Positions 36,732 to 50,862 of a stretch of 64,000 bases of DNA are shown one piece after another. Both the position numbers and the translations under genes were made by a program. Source of the stretch: the human T2T-CHM13v2.0 reference genome, Homo sapiens; assembly GCF_009914755.1 (NCBI RefSeq), contig NC_060948.1; one strand, given 5' to 3'. Every line of letters starts with the position of its first letter. The stretch's first letter is position 1. The notes under the pieces are model-generated. The model was given only the letters and a program-made list of their open reading frames with translations. It made no database searches and was not told the origin of the DNA.

Positions 36732-38173
36732 AGATTGTGTCTGAAGATCCCCTCACTCCCGACCGCACTCCCACTTTTGATCACACAGTTGAATATATGA
36801 ATACAATTAGATAAAATGCTCTTCAAAAACTAGCATAACTTCTCCCAAAGGTGGGATAATTGCTTATAATATTAACAGAAAATTGTCACATTAGACACCT
36901 ATCAACAGTGTTCAAACTGCCCCTCCTTATTGCAACAGACATGTACCATGCTAGATCAGGGACCCCAGGTCTATGGGATGACTGAAAACACTGCTGTTGG
37001 CAGGAAAGAACAGTTTTTCCAGAAGCTCTTCTGTAGAGTCTCTACAGAGGCCAGCTACAAAAAGGGATGTGTTTGGAACGACAGTCCATGAGTTTTGTCG
37101 TGCATTGTCCTGCAAATTAAACTAAGAGCAGGGACTTCCAAGTTCATTAAGCATGCTCTTACTCTGCCACTGGTGGTCTTCTAGCCACCCATTAGATTGT
37201 AGTTTTCAGTGACTTCAACTGAGCAACCCTGGGCTTGACCTATGTAACGGTTTGGAATAAGTCTGTCAAGTTCAGCCTCAGGTAGGTACTGTATTTCTTG
37301 AAATCCATATGAGACAAGGATAAATGATCACAGCATTCTTTCCTACATTCTTTTCTACACAGCATTCTTCCCCTTTTCTTTCCACACTTAGTCTCAGAAA
37401 ATTTCTCAACCCCAGTTCATGGCAGTCAATACCAGTTGATTAGATTTCACTCATGAGAAGAAACTCATTTGCCATTCCAAGCCAAATTCCTTTTCCATTA
37501 GGCAGCTTATTGTATTTAAAGATAGTACTATGCCATACCCCGCTCCCCTTCCACCCCAAAAAGGTCTTCTCAGCACCATTTAAACATCCTCAGTTCCTTC
37601 AATTGCTTTTGTCTTCTTTCCAGAGCTTTCCCCAGCATAAATCTTGCCCTCCCCTCACCTATAACACACACAGGTCAGAGTTATGGATTAATTTACGATA
37701 GATTTCCAGAAATGAGTTTCTTCCACAAAGATGATATGATTCCCAGAACTCACTTTCTTCCCCTAAGAGAGCATGAACATTCTCCCCGATCTTGCTCTTA
37801 ATACCACCTAGAATTGCCTTAGCTTTTTGACCAAACTCTCAGACTTTTATATCTTATAGAGCTTGCAGTAAGTTAACACTTTTCTTGATGTAGGTGAACT
37901 GTTCTTAATCTAGGTTTCCCTTGTCCTATTGTTGTACAGTTGATTTCTAATCCAAAGCACAGGGCTTTCTTTACTATTTGCTTAACTTCTATCTTGTTAA
38001 TTGCATTCCACTCTCTTAGCCACAGAGATCATTTTGAATCCTAATTTCTGCCTTCTAGTGAATTCTAATAAATAAACCCTTGGTGTTATTTTTAAATGTG
38101 ATAAATTGTCTTCATTCAAGTTATTGATTTAAATGCTTAGCTAGACTAAGTTACGGTCAACCCCAAAGCCTGA

Positions 38174-38176
38174 GAT

Positions 38177-38261
<85 letters not shown>
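38174..38261 (+). repeat. (TA)n(TG)n compound microsatellite
   Basis: Directly visible. Confidence 0.95.
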
Positions 38262-38262
<1 letters not shown>

Positions 38263-39068
38263 ATACTTCCACTCACTGGAGGCCTTTTAGCCTTTTGATT
38301 CTATACTCACTGATGTCTGGTCCCATGCGTATGTTGATTACTAGTTAGTGTATGTAGACTCCTTAAAGTTAAGGTATTGGGAGATCTCCTCATATCACCA
38401 AGTTGATTTCTTTAGACTTCTCCCTGTCAAAGACCAGGTTGCCCACCTATCAGAGACAGCTGCTGTTTCCGTCGCAAATAAGGGTCCTGGCTCCCTCTCA
38501 TCAGCCAGCAAGCCCAGTTTCTTGTTATGCAGGATTTCTTCATAGGTAACTTAAAAAACTTCAGTAACTTCTCACAAAGTTGCTGTCGACCACCTGAACA
38601 TAAACTTCATCATGGAGCCTCTGAAACCCCTGAGACATCAGCATGAGAAGTTTCAGAAGGCTCTTTGCTCTGTTGAGTCTACTTAACACTGAAATCTTGC
38701 CATGTCTGTCATTCTTGCATTTCAGCACTGTCTATGCTGCAGGCTATGCCACTACCCTCCAGTACCATTCAGCCAGCATTGAACACTTGCTGTGTACCAA
38801 TTTCTGTATTAGTGGTGGGGATACACAGTGGAGAGGAACCACCCCTTTCTCACACTCTCATTTCCATATTGCTGCAGATATCTTCACCTTGATGCCTCAT
38901 TGCCTCTGTGCAACAACTTATCTACAGTGCTTTGAAACGCATTCCCCCGGCAGATGAACTCCCTTTGTCCCCAGTCTCTTAAGATAATGTGCCTTCTACT
39001 CATTTGCTGACACTTCCTTGAGTTTCCTTCCTTTTCTCTCATATCTACAGGTTTTTCTGGCTTTGGCC

Positions 39069-39560
39069 TATTTTAGTTTCCTACTGCCACTGTAACAAAT
39101 TATTACAAATTTAGTGGCTTAGACAAGTGTATCATCTTACACTTCTGTGGCACAGGAGTGCAACACAGGTACTTGTTGGGCTACAATCTAAGTGTGCTCA
39201 GGACTGTGTCCCTCTTGGATGCTCTAGAGGAGAATTTGTTTCCTTGTACTTTCTAGCTTCTAGGGGCCTCCTGCATTCCTTAGCTATAGCCCCATCCTCT
39301 GTTTTCAAAGCCATCAATATCACATTGCTTTTCCATTCTTCTGTGACTTCCTCCTGACTTTCCTCTTTTGCTTCCATCTTCTACCTTTAAGGCCATTTTA
39401 ATGGCATTGATCAAGGTGGATCATCCTGGGCAATCTTCCTATCTTAAGGTCAACTGATGAGCAACCGTAATTTGTCTTTGTCATGAGCCCTAACATACTC
39501 ACAAGTTTTACAGATTGGGATCAGGGCATCTTAGAAGAGAGGCCACATTCTGTTTGTTCC
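39069..39560 (-). mobile_element. MLT1-family (MaLR) LTR
   Basis: 'tagtttcctactgccactgtaacaaattattacaaatttagtggctt', 'gctctagaggagaatttgtttccttg'. Confidence 0.75.
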
Positions 39561-39777
39561 CCTCAGCTAGACATTTGGAAACTATCCTAGGTTCTCTTCT
39601 TGTCCTCAATTTCCCAGTGTAATCTGTCATCTAATTCTGAGTAGCTACCTCCTCAGGGTCCCTGGGACAAGTGTTCCTTGGAGATTCTTCAAAGGCCCCT
39701 ATTTTGGAATTCTAACATTTTGTGGGTGAAGGGAAGGTGGAGGATGTCACAGAAATTTTATAAAACAAGTTGAAATT

Positions 39778-40079
39778 GGGCTGGGCATGGTAGCTCATGA
39801 CTCTAATCTCAGCACTTTGAGAGTCTGAGGTCTGCAGATCACTTGAGGCCAGGAGTCAAAGACCAGCTTTGGCAATATGGCGAAACTCTGTCTCTCCTAA
39901 TATTACAAAACTTACCCCGGCATGATGGTACATGCCTTTAATGCCAGCTACTCAGGAGGCTGAAGCAGGAGAATCCCTTGAACCTGGGAGGAGGAGGTTG
40001 CAGTGAGCCGAGATCGCTCCCCTGCACTCCAGCTTGGGCGATAGAGCAAGACTCCATCTCAAACAAACTAACAAACAAA
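39778..40079 (+). mobile_element. AluS
   Basis: Full dimeric structure. Confidence 0.9.
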
Positions 40080-41575
40080 GTAGGTTTAGTCTTTTCAAAT
40101 AGTCCCATATTTCTTGGAGACATTGTTTGTTCCTTTTTATTCCTTTTTCTCTATCCTTTTCTTCATGCTTCGTTGCATTAAATTGATCTTCAGTCTTTGA
40201 TATCCTTTCTTCCACTTCATCGATTTGGCTATTGATACTTGTGTATGCTTCATGCAGTCTTTGTGCTGTGTTTTTCATCTCCATCATGTTATTTATGTTT
40301 TTCCTTTAACTCTTTATTCCAGTTAGCAATTCCCCTGACCTTTTTTTGAGGTTTTTAGCTTCCTGGCATTGGGTTAGAACTTTCTTTCTTGCTCGGAAGA
40401 GTTTGTTATTACCCACTTTCTGAAACCTACTTCCATCAATTCCTCAAACTCATTCTCTATTCAGTTCTGTTTTCTTGCTGGCGAGGAGTTGTGATCCTTT
40501 GGAAGAGAAGAGGTGTTCTCGTTTTTGGAATTTTCAGCCTTTTTGCGATTTCTTTTTTCATCTTTGTTCATTTATGTGCCTTCATTCTTTGATGTTGGTG
40601 ACCTTTGAATATATATATATTCAATATATATATATAACATTATATATATATAAATTTATATATATAAAATAAAACTTGAATATGTAGTATATATGTGTAT
40701 TCCTATATAGAGAGGAAATCCTTTTAGTAGATGTTGATACTATGCCTTTCTGTTGTTAGTTTTCCTTCTAACAATCAGGCCCTTCTGCTGCAGGTGTGCT
40801 GGACTTTGCTGGCAGTCCACTTCTGACCATTTTTGCCTGTGTATCACTATCAGAGGATGCAGAAAAGCAAAGATTGCTGCCTGTTCCTTCCTCTGAAAGC
40901 TTCATCCCAGAGGGGCACCTGCCAGGTGCCAGCCAGAGCACTCCTCTATGATGTGCTTGTCAATCCCTGCTGGGAGGTGTCTCCTCATCAAGAGTCATGA
41001 GCTTCATGGACCCACTTGAGGAGGCAGTCTTTTGGAGATCTGCAGCTCTCTTCAGAGCCAGCAGGAAGGAAGGTTTAAGTCTGCTGAAGCTGTACCTACA
41101 GCCACCCTTTCCCCCAGGGGCTCTGTTTCAGGGAGTTGGAAATTTTGTCTATAAGCCCCTAACTGGGGCTGCTGCCATTCTTTCAGAGATGCTCTGACCA
41201 AAGAGGAGGAATCTAGGTAGGCAGTCTGGCTACAGCAGCTTTGCTGAGCTGCGGTGACTTCCCAGTGGCTTTGTTTATACTGTAAAGGGAAAAACCACCT
41301 ACTCAAGCCTCAGTAATGGTGGACATCCCTGTCCCCACCAATCTCAAGCATTCCAGGTTGGCTTCAGACTACTGTGCTGGCAGCAAGAATTTCGAGGCAG
41401 TGGATTTTAGCTTGCTAGACTCCATAGGGGTGACATCCACTGAGCTAGACCACTTGGCTCCATGGCTTCACCCAATTCAAGGGAGTGAATGGTTCTTTCT
41501 TTCTGACATTTCAGGTGCCACTGGGGTATGAAAAAAAAAAAAAACTCTTCAAGCTAGCTCAGTGTCTCCCGAAAC
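40080..41575 (-). mobile_element. L1PA7/8-like ORF1 N-terminus plus 5' UTR, with an internal TA-rich tract (about 40608-40710)
   Basis: ORF 39952-40287 ([27 protein letters not shown]...LQEIWDY) is L1 ORF1p. The 5' UTR resembles 13076-13820. Confidence 0.88.
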
Positions 41576-42201
41576 CTATTTTTACATTTTTAATCAAAAT
41601 GTACATTTTTATGTCTTCTTACAATTTTTAACTTTTTACTGTTTTTATACACCTTGCATGAAAATTTATGTTTAGCACTTTCAGTTACATGTTATAATAC
41701 TTTTATAATACATGTTATAATATACTTTTGGCAATTTTTACGTTAATGTAAAACCTGTTAAGTTTGTTTGTTTGTCTGTTTTTCTTGTAAATGTCAGTAA
41801 TACTAAACCTTTCCTATGTGTACAACTGAATGATAAATTTGTACATTCACATACTTAACTATTAATGTTTGTTGGAAGCTGCATTTGCTATAAAGGTATT
41901 TTACGATAGCTCTGTTTTGTACTAGATGTCCCCAGACAATAGACAGAGACCCGGAATCCTCCTTCTGAAAGAGGACACTTATGCTGGGAAAGCACTTCAT
42001 GTCCCCACGATTTCCTTGAGCTTATCCCATTGGTCCTTTGAGGAAGTGGACAGCAGTCTGGACTTTCTATGGTACCACGAGAAAGGCAGGAAAAGGCAGA
42101 TCTTACCAGATGGCTGAATTAGTGTTGTCTTTTGGATATTCCAGTTGGAATTGGCAAAGGGACTGCCAGACTAGCGATATATGAGGAACAGAGAGTAAGA
42201 G

Positions 42202-42245
<44 letters not shown>

Positions 42246-42942
42246 GAAAGAGGGAGCCAGTGTTAGGGGTGGATTCCTGAGACTTGAGGGATTTAGAGCC
42301 CTGGCCTGAGCCTTGCAGTTTCCTTCAGGTCAGTTGTCCTTCTCACACAAATCGCTTGAAGAGTAAAATGAGCAAAAAGATGGGGCAGGTGGCCAGAGAC
42401 TCTCAGGATCCAGGAGTTTGCTTAGGATAAGCTGCCATTGCCCACAGCTTCCTGGGATGTAAGGGAGCCTCTGCCACCAATACCGGTCCTGGGTATCAGC
42501 AACCAATGTAAGGATTAAAGAAAGAGGAGAGAAACCTGAAGGGTAGCTTGACAGTCAACAGGGACAGGTTTATTTTTAATCAGTGTGAGAGGGGCGGCTG
42601 GCCAGGTTAAGTCAGAGCCACACTCTGTTAACAGACTAAGAGTATTCCGTGATTCAGTCTCACAGTGCTTATCAGAGGGTTGGACTGCCTCTGTGTCTCT
42701 TTGTTGTGGTTATCTGACAGAGAGTGTTGTGTGTCTGTTTTCATACAGCTTTCTAGAGTTGCAGGCATGTCCCCCATGTCTGCTTCTAGCTTCCGTATCT
42801 TAGTGCACCTGAAGGGAAAGGAATGTGCTTATTATTTGTAGTAAGAAGAGAAGTGATTTCCTTGAAATGCATGAGGCTAAAAAGAGAGCTGGAAGTTAAT
42901 GTGGCAGTATTTGTTCAAGATGAAGGTGCTCCTGCTCTATCA
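41576..42942 (-). mobile_element. ERV1-class proviral remnant: 5' LTR (42507-42942), PBS and leader/internal fragment
   Basis: TG...CA-bounded LTR with minus-strand AATAAA. Minus-strand 'tggttgctgatacccagga' follows it and resembles a tRNA-Phe PBS. (GA)n leader repeat at about 42205-42245. Confidence 0.6.
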
Positions 42943-43971
42943 CTTTCTAGTCAGGTAATTGCACAGCTGTTAGTTTTGTTTTGTTTTGTTTTTTGGAGTA
43001 ATTATATACTTAGATGTAAATTCTGTTGTCTGCAAATTCAAATCAGAAAATTTATATGATTCTATTTGATGTCTTTGCCATACACAAATGCATGCTTACA
43101 TATATTATAACACCTGTGAGTTTTAAAAATTATTTTATGGTAATAAATAGTGATTTCTCAGCCCTCTGAAAAACAAGATTAAATTATTTTGTGTATTGAA
43201 TATTCACAATTATTTAGGAAATCACTGAAGTTTATATTTTCTTAAATTTACTTTTCTACTGGTTAAATTGAAAGGTATTTTAGTAAGAAAACTGTAATAG
43301 AAAATTAAAATTACTGATAATATAAATCACTAAATGGTTTAAATTATTCTATTGAAGTTGTGGAAGTGTTGTTGTTGTTTTAATTATAGCAGCATAAAAA
43401 TATACAATAAAATTTACCACAGCTCTTTATTTTCTCTCTCAAAGAGGAATTGTATTTAATCATTTTCTTTGTTAGATGTTTGCTCTTTATAAGAACGAGA
43501 CTCTTTTTATTCAAATAGAAGCTGTTTTGTAATCTTGATTCTATTACACCAATGAATACTTCTTTTTCACAGAAATGCAACAACTTGAGCAAGAGTGATC
43601 AGTTACTAAGAGGAGTACCTAACGTCCTTAGAAGAAAAGATTCAGATCATAGGGATTTTATTTACAGAAATGTATTTACCTGTTTGTAATGTATGCCAGT
43701 TTAGGTAAGACATTTTCATGTTATATCAATGATGTTTTTATTTTTAAATATAAAATGAGAATCATTTTTTAATCAAGTTATTACATGTAATGTGTCCTAA
43801 AGTACAGGCAATATTCCATATACATATATACATATAGATACATATATATATATATATAAAAATGCATAGCAAATCTGTGTAACTTTAATGTATTTCATGT
43901 ATTCTTAGGTTATTTATGCATTTGTTTTATTTTTCTGGTAATCTTTAAGATTAGATATTGTGCCCGATTGA

Positions 43972-44304
<333 letters not shown>

Positions 44305-46404
44305 GATGTTATCTCTTAATGTTGCTTTTTGAAAAGTACTAACTTCCAGGTCATATCCCACACTATCTAAATCAGAATTTCTAGAACTTGGGAAAGGTAT
44401 CCACATCCTTAGGGGATACCAATTAGTTGTTTTGCTTTTCAGGTTTAAAAATGACATCTATGAGAAACTTAGCGCATATGTATGCTTTTGTTAAAATAAA
44501 GAAAAAGAAATTTGGTGATAATGTAAATAAATAATTCACTTAAAATTTTTGTTGCTATTAGCATAAATTAAGAAATGCAGGTTTAAGTAAATGTCTCTTA
44601 GGGTAGTCTGATTTTCCTCACATCAGCCTATTGCACAGTAGTCCTAAAGGCATGGATAGATTGTCAGAAACGTACAACAAAAATATTTGTACTGTATTCA
44701 ATGTTAGTGCAACATTTCAAAATTACTAATTTATGGATCTATTTAAAATTTAATTACTAGATAATATCTCAGTGATATTGATAAATATTAGGTCATATTT
44801 ATATGAATGACTCAGACAATTAGCAGATCATTTTAAGTAATTTGTTTAAATTACAAATATTTTCCTATCAAAACTAATTTCTATGGTCACACATTCCTGT
44901 AATGAAAGTGTTATTTGTATTATTAATATTTACCTTCAAGAGGAAATACATTTTACCCTTTACTCTTCCTGCTCTAACGATCTCTGTGCTTTCTTTTCCT
45001 CAGCCTTGCCTGACTACCTCTGAGATGCTGGGATACTTTTAGTAGAGTAGGAGCATATATTATACAAACATAAACACAATAATTATTTTGAATGTAAAAG
45101 TATCATACTCAAGAACTCACAAAAATTTTGTCTTGCACAATTTAACTTGAGATTTTAGTTGCTTTTACAAAACCCATGATTGGTTTATAATATAACCTAA
45201 GTTTAATTTTAATTGAGGAAGTTCATTATACATTTATACATCTTAAGGCATTTAGGCAGTGTGTTTTAGGTATTAGGAATTTTTAAAATTTGAGAAAACT
45301 GAGTCAACACAGTTGCATCGCATCGTGTACCATTCCCTGTAAGGCCCCCAAAGTACCCAAGAATGAAACATACTAATGTTTCTATGACGAGAAATGAATA
45401 TTCCCTTTATGGGTGAAGACTTAAATAGCTTCCCTCAATTAAGTCTTTATTACATCAGAAATTGAGTTACATAACAACCTTATTTTTAAAAGCCTTGCTT
45501 ACTTGAGCTTTTCGAATTTCAGATAAAGTATTTTGAATCCCTCCTAATTATGATTTTGAAAATACAGTACTGAATAAACAGTCCAGGTGGGATAATATTA
45601 AAGGATTGTAATAAACAAACAAACAAACAAAATACAGAGGGCTCTGCTGCCTGTTGTAGGGAGTATGTGTCTTAAATTTGGAGAGTAAAAAGCACTTGCA
45701 GTAGAAAAGGGTTGCTTTGTTAATTTTTTTTTCTAAGTAGTTAGTGGGTACAGACTTAGTATTGACATAACTTGGCTTTTCTAGCATTTATGTGAGATAT
45801 TCACTGTGACTTGATAAACCATTAGAGAATCACAAAAGGCATACATTTGTAACAACTCACAGGCTATAGCATAGAAAGTTTCACAATAGACCACAGTAAG
45901 GAAGTATTCAAAATTATCTGTATAAAAACTTTGTGGGTGCTCTATATTACAAAAACGGCAATGCAGAACATATGTGTGGACAGATTTATGAGCTCTTTAT
46001 GAGTTAGTATAGTCAGGTGTCGGTAATTGGATATTTGAGGAAGTGGAGCAGGAAAGAGACAACACCTACGCCCCGGATGTGATTTGATAAGCTGAAGGAA
46101 TAGTAATGCAATTTACTGACAGAAAAAGGAGAACCTCTTCGAGCGGATTGCATTTTAGAAACATATGGGAAACCAAATAAAAAATTGTAATGGGGAGTTG
46201 GATACATATGTCCAGAATTTGGAATCATCTAAAAGGATACATGTGTTACTATAGATGTAATAATGAAAAAAGTCATTGGAAGGAATGTCTTAGAATGGAA
46301 ACTTTTTTTAAAAAAGTTAATGTTAACATGGTAGATAACATTAAGTTATCTAAAAGCAATCCGTAGCCTCTAAGTAGTTTAAATTAGTATGTAAGAAGAA
46401 TAAT

Positions 46405-46665
46405 TTCTTTCTTTTTCTTTTTCTTTTTCTTTTTTTCTTTTTCTTTTTTTTTTTTTTTTTTTTTTTTTTTTGGGAGAGAGTCTCGTTCTGTCACCCGGGC
46501 TGGAGTGCAGGAGGACAATCTCGGCTCGCTGAAACCTCTGCCGCCTGGGTTCAAGCAATTCTCTGGGTCAGCGTCCTGCGTAGCTGGGATTACAAGCGCC
46601 TGCCACCACAGTTGGCTAATGTTTAAAAGAGATGGGGTTTCACCGTCTTGACCAGCCTGGTTTTG
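46405..46665 (-). mobile_element. Alu, partial, with long T-rich tail
   Basis: Poly-T, then 'tctcgttctgtcacccgggctggagtgcag'. Confidence 0.88.
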
Positions 46666-48995
46666 AGAAAAATCATAATTTTAAAAAACTGTGCTTATGC
46701 TAAAAACAGATCCTTAGCATTCTTCCAGTATTCTTAGTTGTGTCATTTGCTTTAAAATAAGCCTAAGAATTGCACCAGAATTAGCTGCACAACTCCGCCA
46801 GGAAATGCAAAGTTTTATTGTTATAGGATTCTAGAAACAATCATATTATATATCTGGAAACTCTATACACACATGCCCACACACACAAAAACACACACAA
46901 TTTTCACTGAATAGACATCATAATAAGCACACTGAAAACCTAATAAAGTTATTATAAAGCTGTAGAACACAATGATTAAAAGCAAATGATAATCTTAAAT
47001 TTTAAAGAACTGAAAATATTAGAATTTAAGAATTAAAATGTTCTAATTGTTCTTTGGTCCACTATCATAGATTTCAAGCAGATTAATTAATGTAGTAGAA
47101 TGACATTAATAGTTCCTATCAATGGGATTTAATTTATACCATTTTGAAAATAGTTTGTTGTCATATATTGTTTACTGTGTGACTTCTTGTATTTGCTCTA
47201 AAGTAAGGCTAAATCACATCTTAGCCTCATCTCATCCAAGGAAGTGATTACAGTAAAGGTATCCATGTTGGGTTAATGTGTAAAATAGTGGTTGTGGATT
47301 AATGTGGGTTTGATGTAGGAATTTATTATTCTCCTTATTAAGATTAGCTTGAAATGTACTGTGTGACGAATATTTAGTCTATTCAATAAGTGGTATTCAA
47401 CAGATATATATCAACAAGTGCTATGTACCAACCACTGTTCAAGGTGGCAGATAAAAATATAGGCAAAGATAATATTAATCCAAATTGCACATGAAAACAT
47501 TTGATACTATTGATAATGTGGCAGATGAAATGATTTTCACTTTATTATAATTTTTAAGAGAATGAGATAATTAAATGTGTACTGTAAGTGTTACAAGAAG
47601 CCTATCCATGTTATTCTTTACTGAAATAATTAGATTACAAAAATCACCTTTTTCAAAAGAAATTTATATTATAAATGCTCCCATGGCAAAAACAAAAAGC
47701 CTGGTCTTTGACTTGGAATATATTCTTATTATATAAAGTAAGATACATGGCAGAGAGAAGAAAAAACAATTTTATTCATCTGTCCTGGTAATGACAAAAA
47801 AGACAGAAGTCATATTTTTTTTGCAATTTTAGATTGGACTCCTAAGAATAGCAGACAGTTGGCAGTGTAAATATGTTGTAAATTAGCTAGCCCTGAAACA
47901 AAATGACTGATCATTAGCAAATCGGGCAACTTTTATTATTGCCATTGTAAGTTGCTTTACCTATCATGAGTGTGCTCTTATACTATTAGAATTGAAATCT
48001 ATTCTGTACTGCCAATTTATATCCCTGTTTTATAATCTTGGGATTCTTGCTTTACATTCTAAAATGTTGTCTCTGAACAATTAGTGAATATCAAGTAAGT
48101 TTTTTATTTTTTTTAAAGGTAGTCTTAAAAGTCTAATGATCTTTAGTGAAAATAATGAGGAGATTTGGATATGGTGGTTCATTTCTGTAATCCCAAGTAG
48201 TTGGAAGGATGAGGCAGGAGTATATTACTTGAACCCTGGAGTGTGAGGACTGATTGAGCTATGTGCTAACATCATGCCACTGCAGTCCAGCCTGGGCCAC
48301 AGAGCATAATCTGAATAAAAAATAGAACTATAAAAAGTAATATAGCATTGCTGTTTTTAATTCACTTGTAGTAATGCATAGATAGCATATTTAGCCAAAA
48401 CGTTTTAAACTGGTAATATGCCAAGAGGTCAGATGTTTGAGTCAGATTGCTAGCTAGCTCCTCAACTGGCTAAATCTGTAGTATTTTGCAAAGTATTTCT
48501 CCTAAATGTAATTAGTTTTTTTATTTGTTAAATGGATTTACTAATGCTACCTGCTTAGGAAACTAACTCTGATATTAATTAGTTTACCTCAAAAACTTGT
48601 TCTGAATGACATATATTAGGCAATAAAATATTAGCTACTACTTGATATTACAAATTCTTTTCATCTGTTTACTTTTAAAGCTCATAGTGAGCACAATAAA
48701 ATTCCAGAAGACCGATGATGGCTGTTAGATATAACAGAACGCTCTGAGAGTCACTATCAGAAATGAGCATATCAGTGCATAAAATGTATGGTAGCTTTAT
48801 TTAGCAGCTGTTTCATTGTTTACCATAGCATTTTTTCTTACAATTTTGTAGAAGCCTGTGTCAGAATCAAGAAGTTTTTTTTAGAAGATGATAATCATGG
48901 ATGATTGAAATCATACTGAAAATTATTCTAAATTCTATTATATTTATAGTTGTATTTTCTTTCAAAGGATAATGGAAGTCTTAAAAAGAAAATGG

Positions 48996-49158
48996 ATACT
49001 TCTCTGCCAGGGGAGATACTGTGATCATGAAGGTGGCTTTCCCAGGGCAAGGCTGATCTATTGCATTCTGGATGTGCTGACTCCTACGATTTCCCCAAGT
49101 GTGGGAAACTCAACTGCATAATTTGTGGAAGTAATGACTGTGTTTGCACTTTCACGTG
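48996..49158 (+). pseudogene. Full-length U1 snRNA retrocopy (RNU1 pseudogene) with (GGAAA)n tail to about 49240
   Basis: 'atacttctctgccaggggagatactgtgatcatgaaggtggctttcccagggc...gggaaactcaactgcataatttgtgg' aligns end to end with U1. Sm site AATTTGTGG is retained. Flanked by a target-site duplication. Confidence 0.95.
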
Positions 49159-50364
49159 GAAAAAGAAAAGGAAAGGAAAGGAAAGGAAAGGAAAGGAAAG
49201 GAAAGGAAAGGAAAGGAAAGGAAAGGAAAGGAAAGAAAGAAAATTGACTCGTTTAGTGGATATAGAAACTTGAAAGAAGACCATATACTGGAAACAATTC
49301 CATGTGTCTAAAAAATGGTCTCCTCCAGTACACAAAAATAAAACATCAAATGTTTATTTCTTAGAAAGATCAAATAGTGCTAGGATGACACTTACAAAAG
49401 CTTTCAAACTTTGGATGAGTGGGCAGGGGGAAGCCCCCAAAGGGCAGCAGATAAATCTGGGAAAAAGAGAAATAATTTTTAAATGTGTAAGCCAATGTTT
49501 ATGTATTAATATTGCCCTTAAAAATATTTATTTTATTAAATGGTTAGCATTGGTTTGTTTGGTCTTAGAAAGTATTTCCTTTTGGAAATGACTTGTGTGA
49601 AATGGTCTAGAAATTATGTAGCTAAAATAATTCATATTTTTCCCTGTATTACAAATCATTTGCAGGCATTGCAAACATATTAAAGATGCCAGCTTTTTTG
49701 CACTTCTTAACGTTTATTCTAAATGAAGAAAATTAAATATAAGGTACAAAGTTACTTTTATAATCAAATAAATCAGTCTTTTTAAATATTTAGAATTTGA
49801 AGCCAGATGACAAAGATGCCTTAGATGAGCATAAGTCCTCTCCAACAGAATATGCTCCATTATATCCTCATCCAACAGGCTTTATGTATCAATAGGTAAA
49901 TAAATAAAGTTTTTATTTTTCTTTTTTGAACTCATTTTCATCTTTACTTACGTGGTTTTCAATTATTATTTTCTTACATATTTTGTAACGTATCAGCTGT
50001 GACTGTAAATTAAGAAAAACATTATCTAGGGCAGCTTTGGCAAGATGATCAGAAGAAGAATGCTTCAAGTGGGGTCATGTTTTATTTTACCCTTTTGATA
50101 TTTTGTTTGTAATTAGGTACTACCTTGTCCTAGTTCATAAAAATGTGTCATATTTCAATAAGATCATAAAGTAATTTATTTAATCTCTCTCAAAATCCAG
50201 TGACAGTAAAAATTAACAATTTTACGAGTTTTCATACAAAATTTACCAAAAAACAAATACTGACCAAAAATATAAATAAAAACCATTTCTGAGCACTTCT
50301 AAGTTAAAACAAATATTTTTATTAAAATATTATGGGAAGACTAGACACGACGTGAGTAATGCAC

Positions 50365-50862
50365 TTTTCTCTTTCTTTCTGTCTTTCTTTGTTTCTTCCT
50401 TTCTTTCTCTCTTTCTTTCTTTCTTTTCCTTTCTTTCTTTCCTTCTTTTCCTTCCTTTCTTCTTTCTTTCTTTTCTTTTTCTTTTCTTTTCCTCATTCTC
50501 TCTCTCTTCTTTCTTTCTTTTCTTTCTTTCTTTCTTTCTTTCTTACTTTCTTTCTTCCTTTCTTCCTTTCCTTCTTTTTTTCTGATGCAGTTTCACTCTT
50601 GTTGCATGGGCTGTACTGCAATGTTTGCGATCTTGGCTCACTACAACTTCCACCCCATGAGTTCAAGCGGTTCTCCTGCCTCAGCCTCCCAAGTAGCTAG
50701 GATTACAGGCATGCACAACCACGTGTGGCTAATTTTGTATTTTTGGTAGAGACAGGGTTTCCCCTTGTCAGCCAGGGTGGTCTGGATCTCCTGACCTCGT
50801 GATCCACCTGCCTTGGACTCTCAAAGTGCTGGTATTACAGGTGGTGAGCCATGGCACCTGGC
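50365..50862 (-). mobile_element. AluS with ~210-bp (CTTT/CCTT)n expanded tail
   Basis: Pyrimidine low-complexity tract at 50365-50580, then a reverse Alu. Confidence 0.88.

Noticed and set aside
35000-43500. TRAPPC2 or RAB9A coding exons expected from Xp22 synteny
   Set aside because: I searched by eye for MSGSFYFVIVG and MAGKSSLFKV codons and found none.
48996-49158. Functional variant U1 snRNA gene
   Set aside because: It has a TSD and an A-rich tail, USP9 sequence upstream instead of a PSE/DSE promoter, and many substitutions, so it is a retrocopy.
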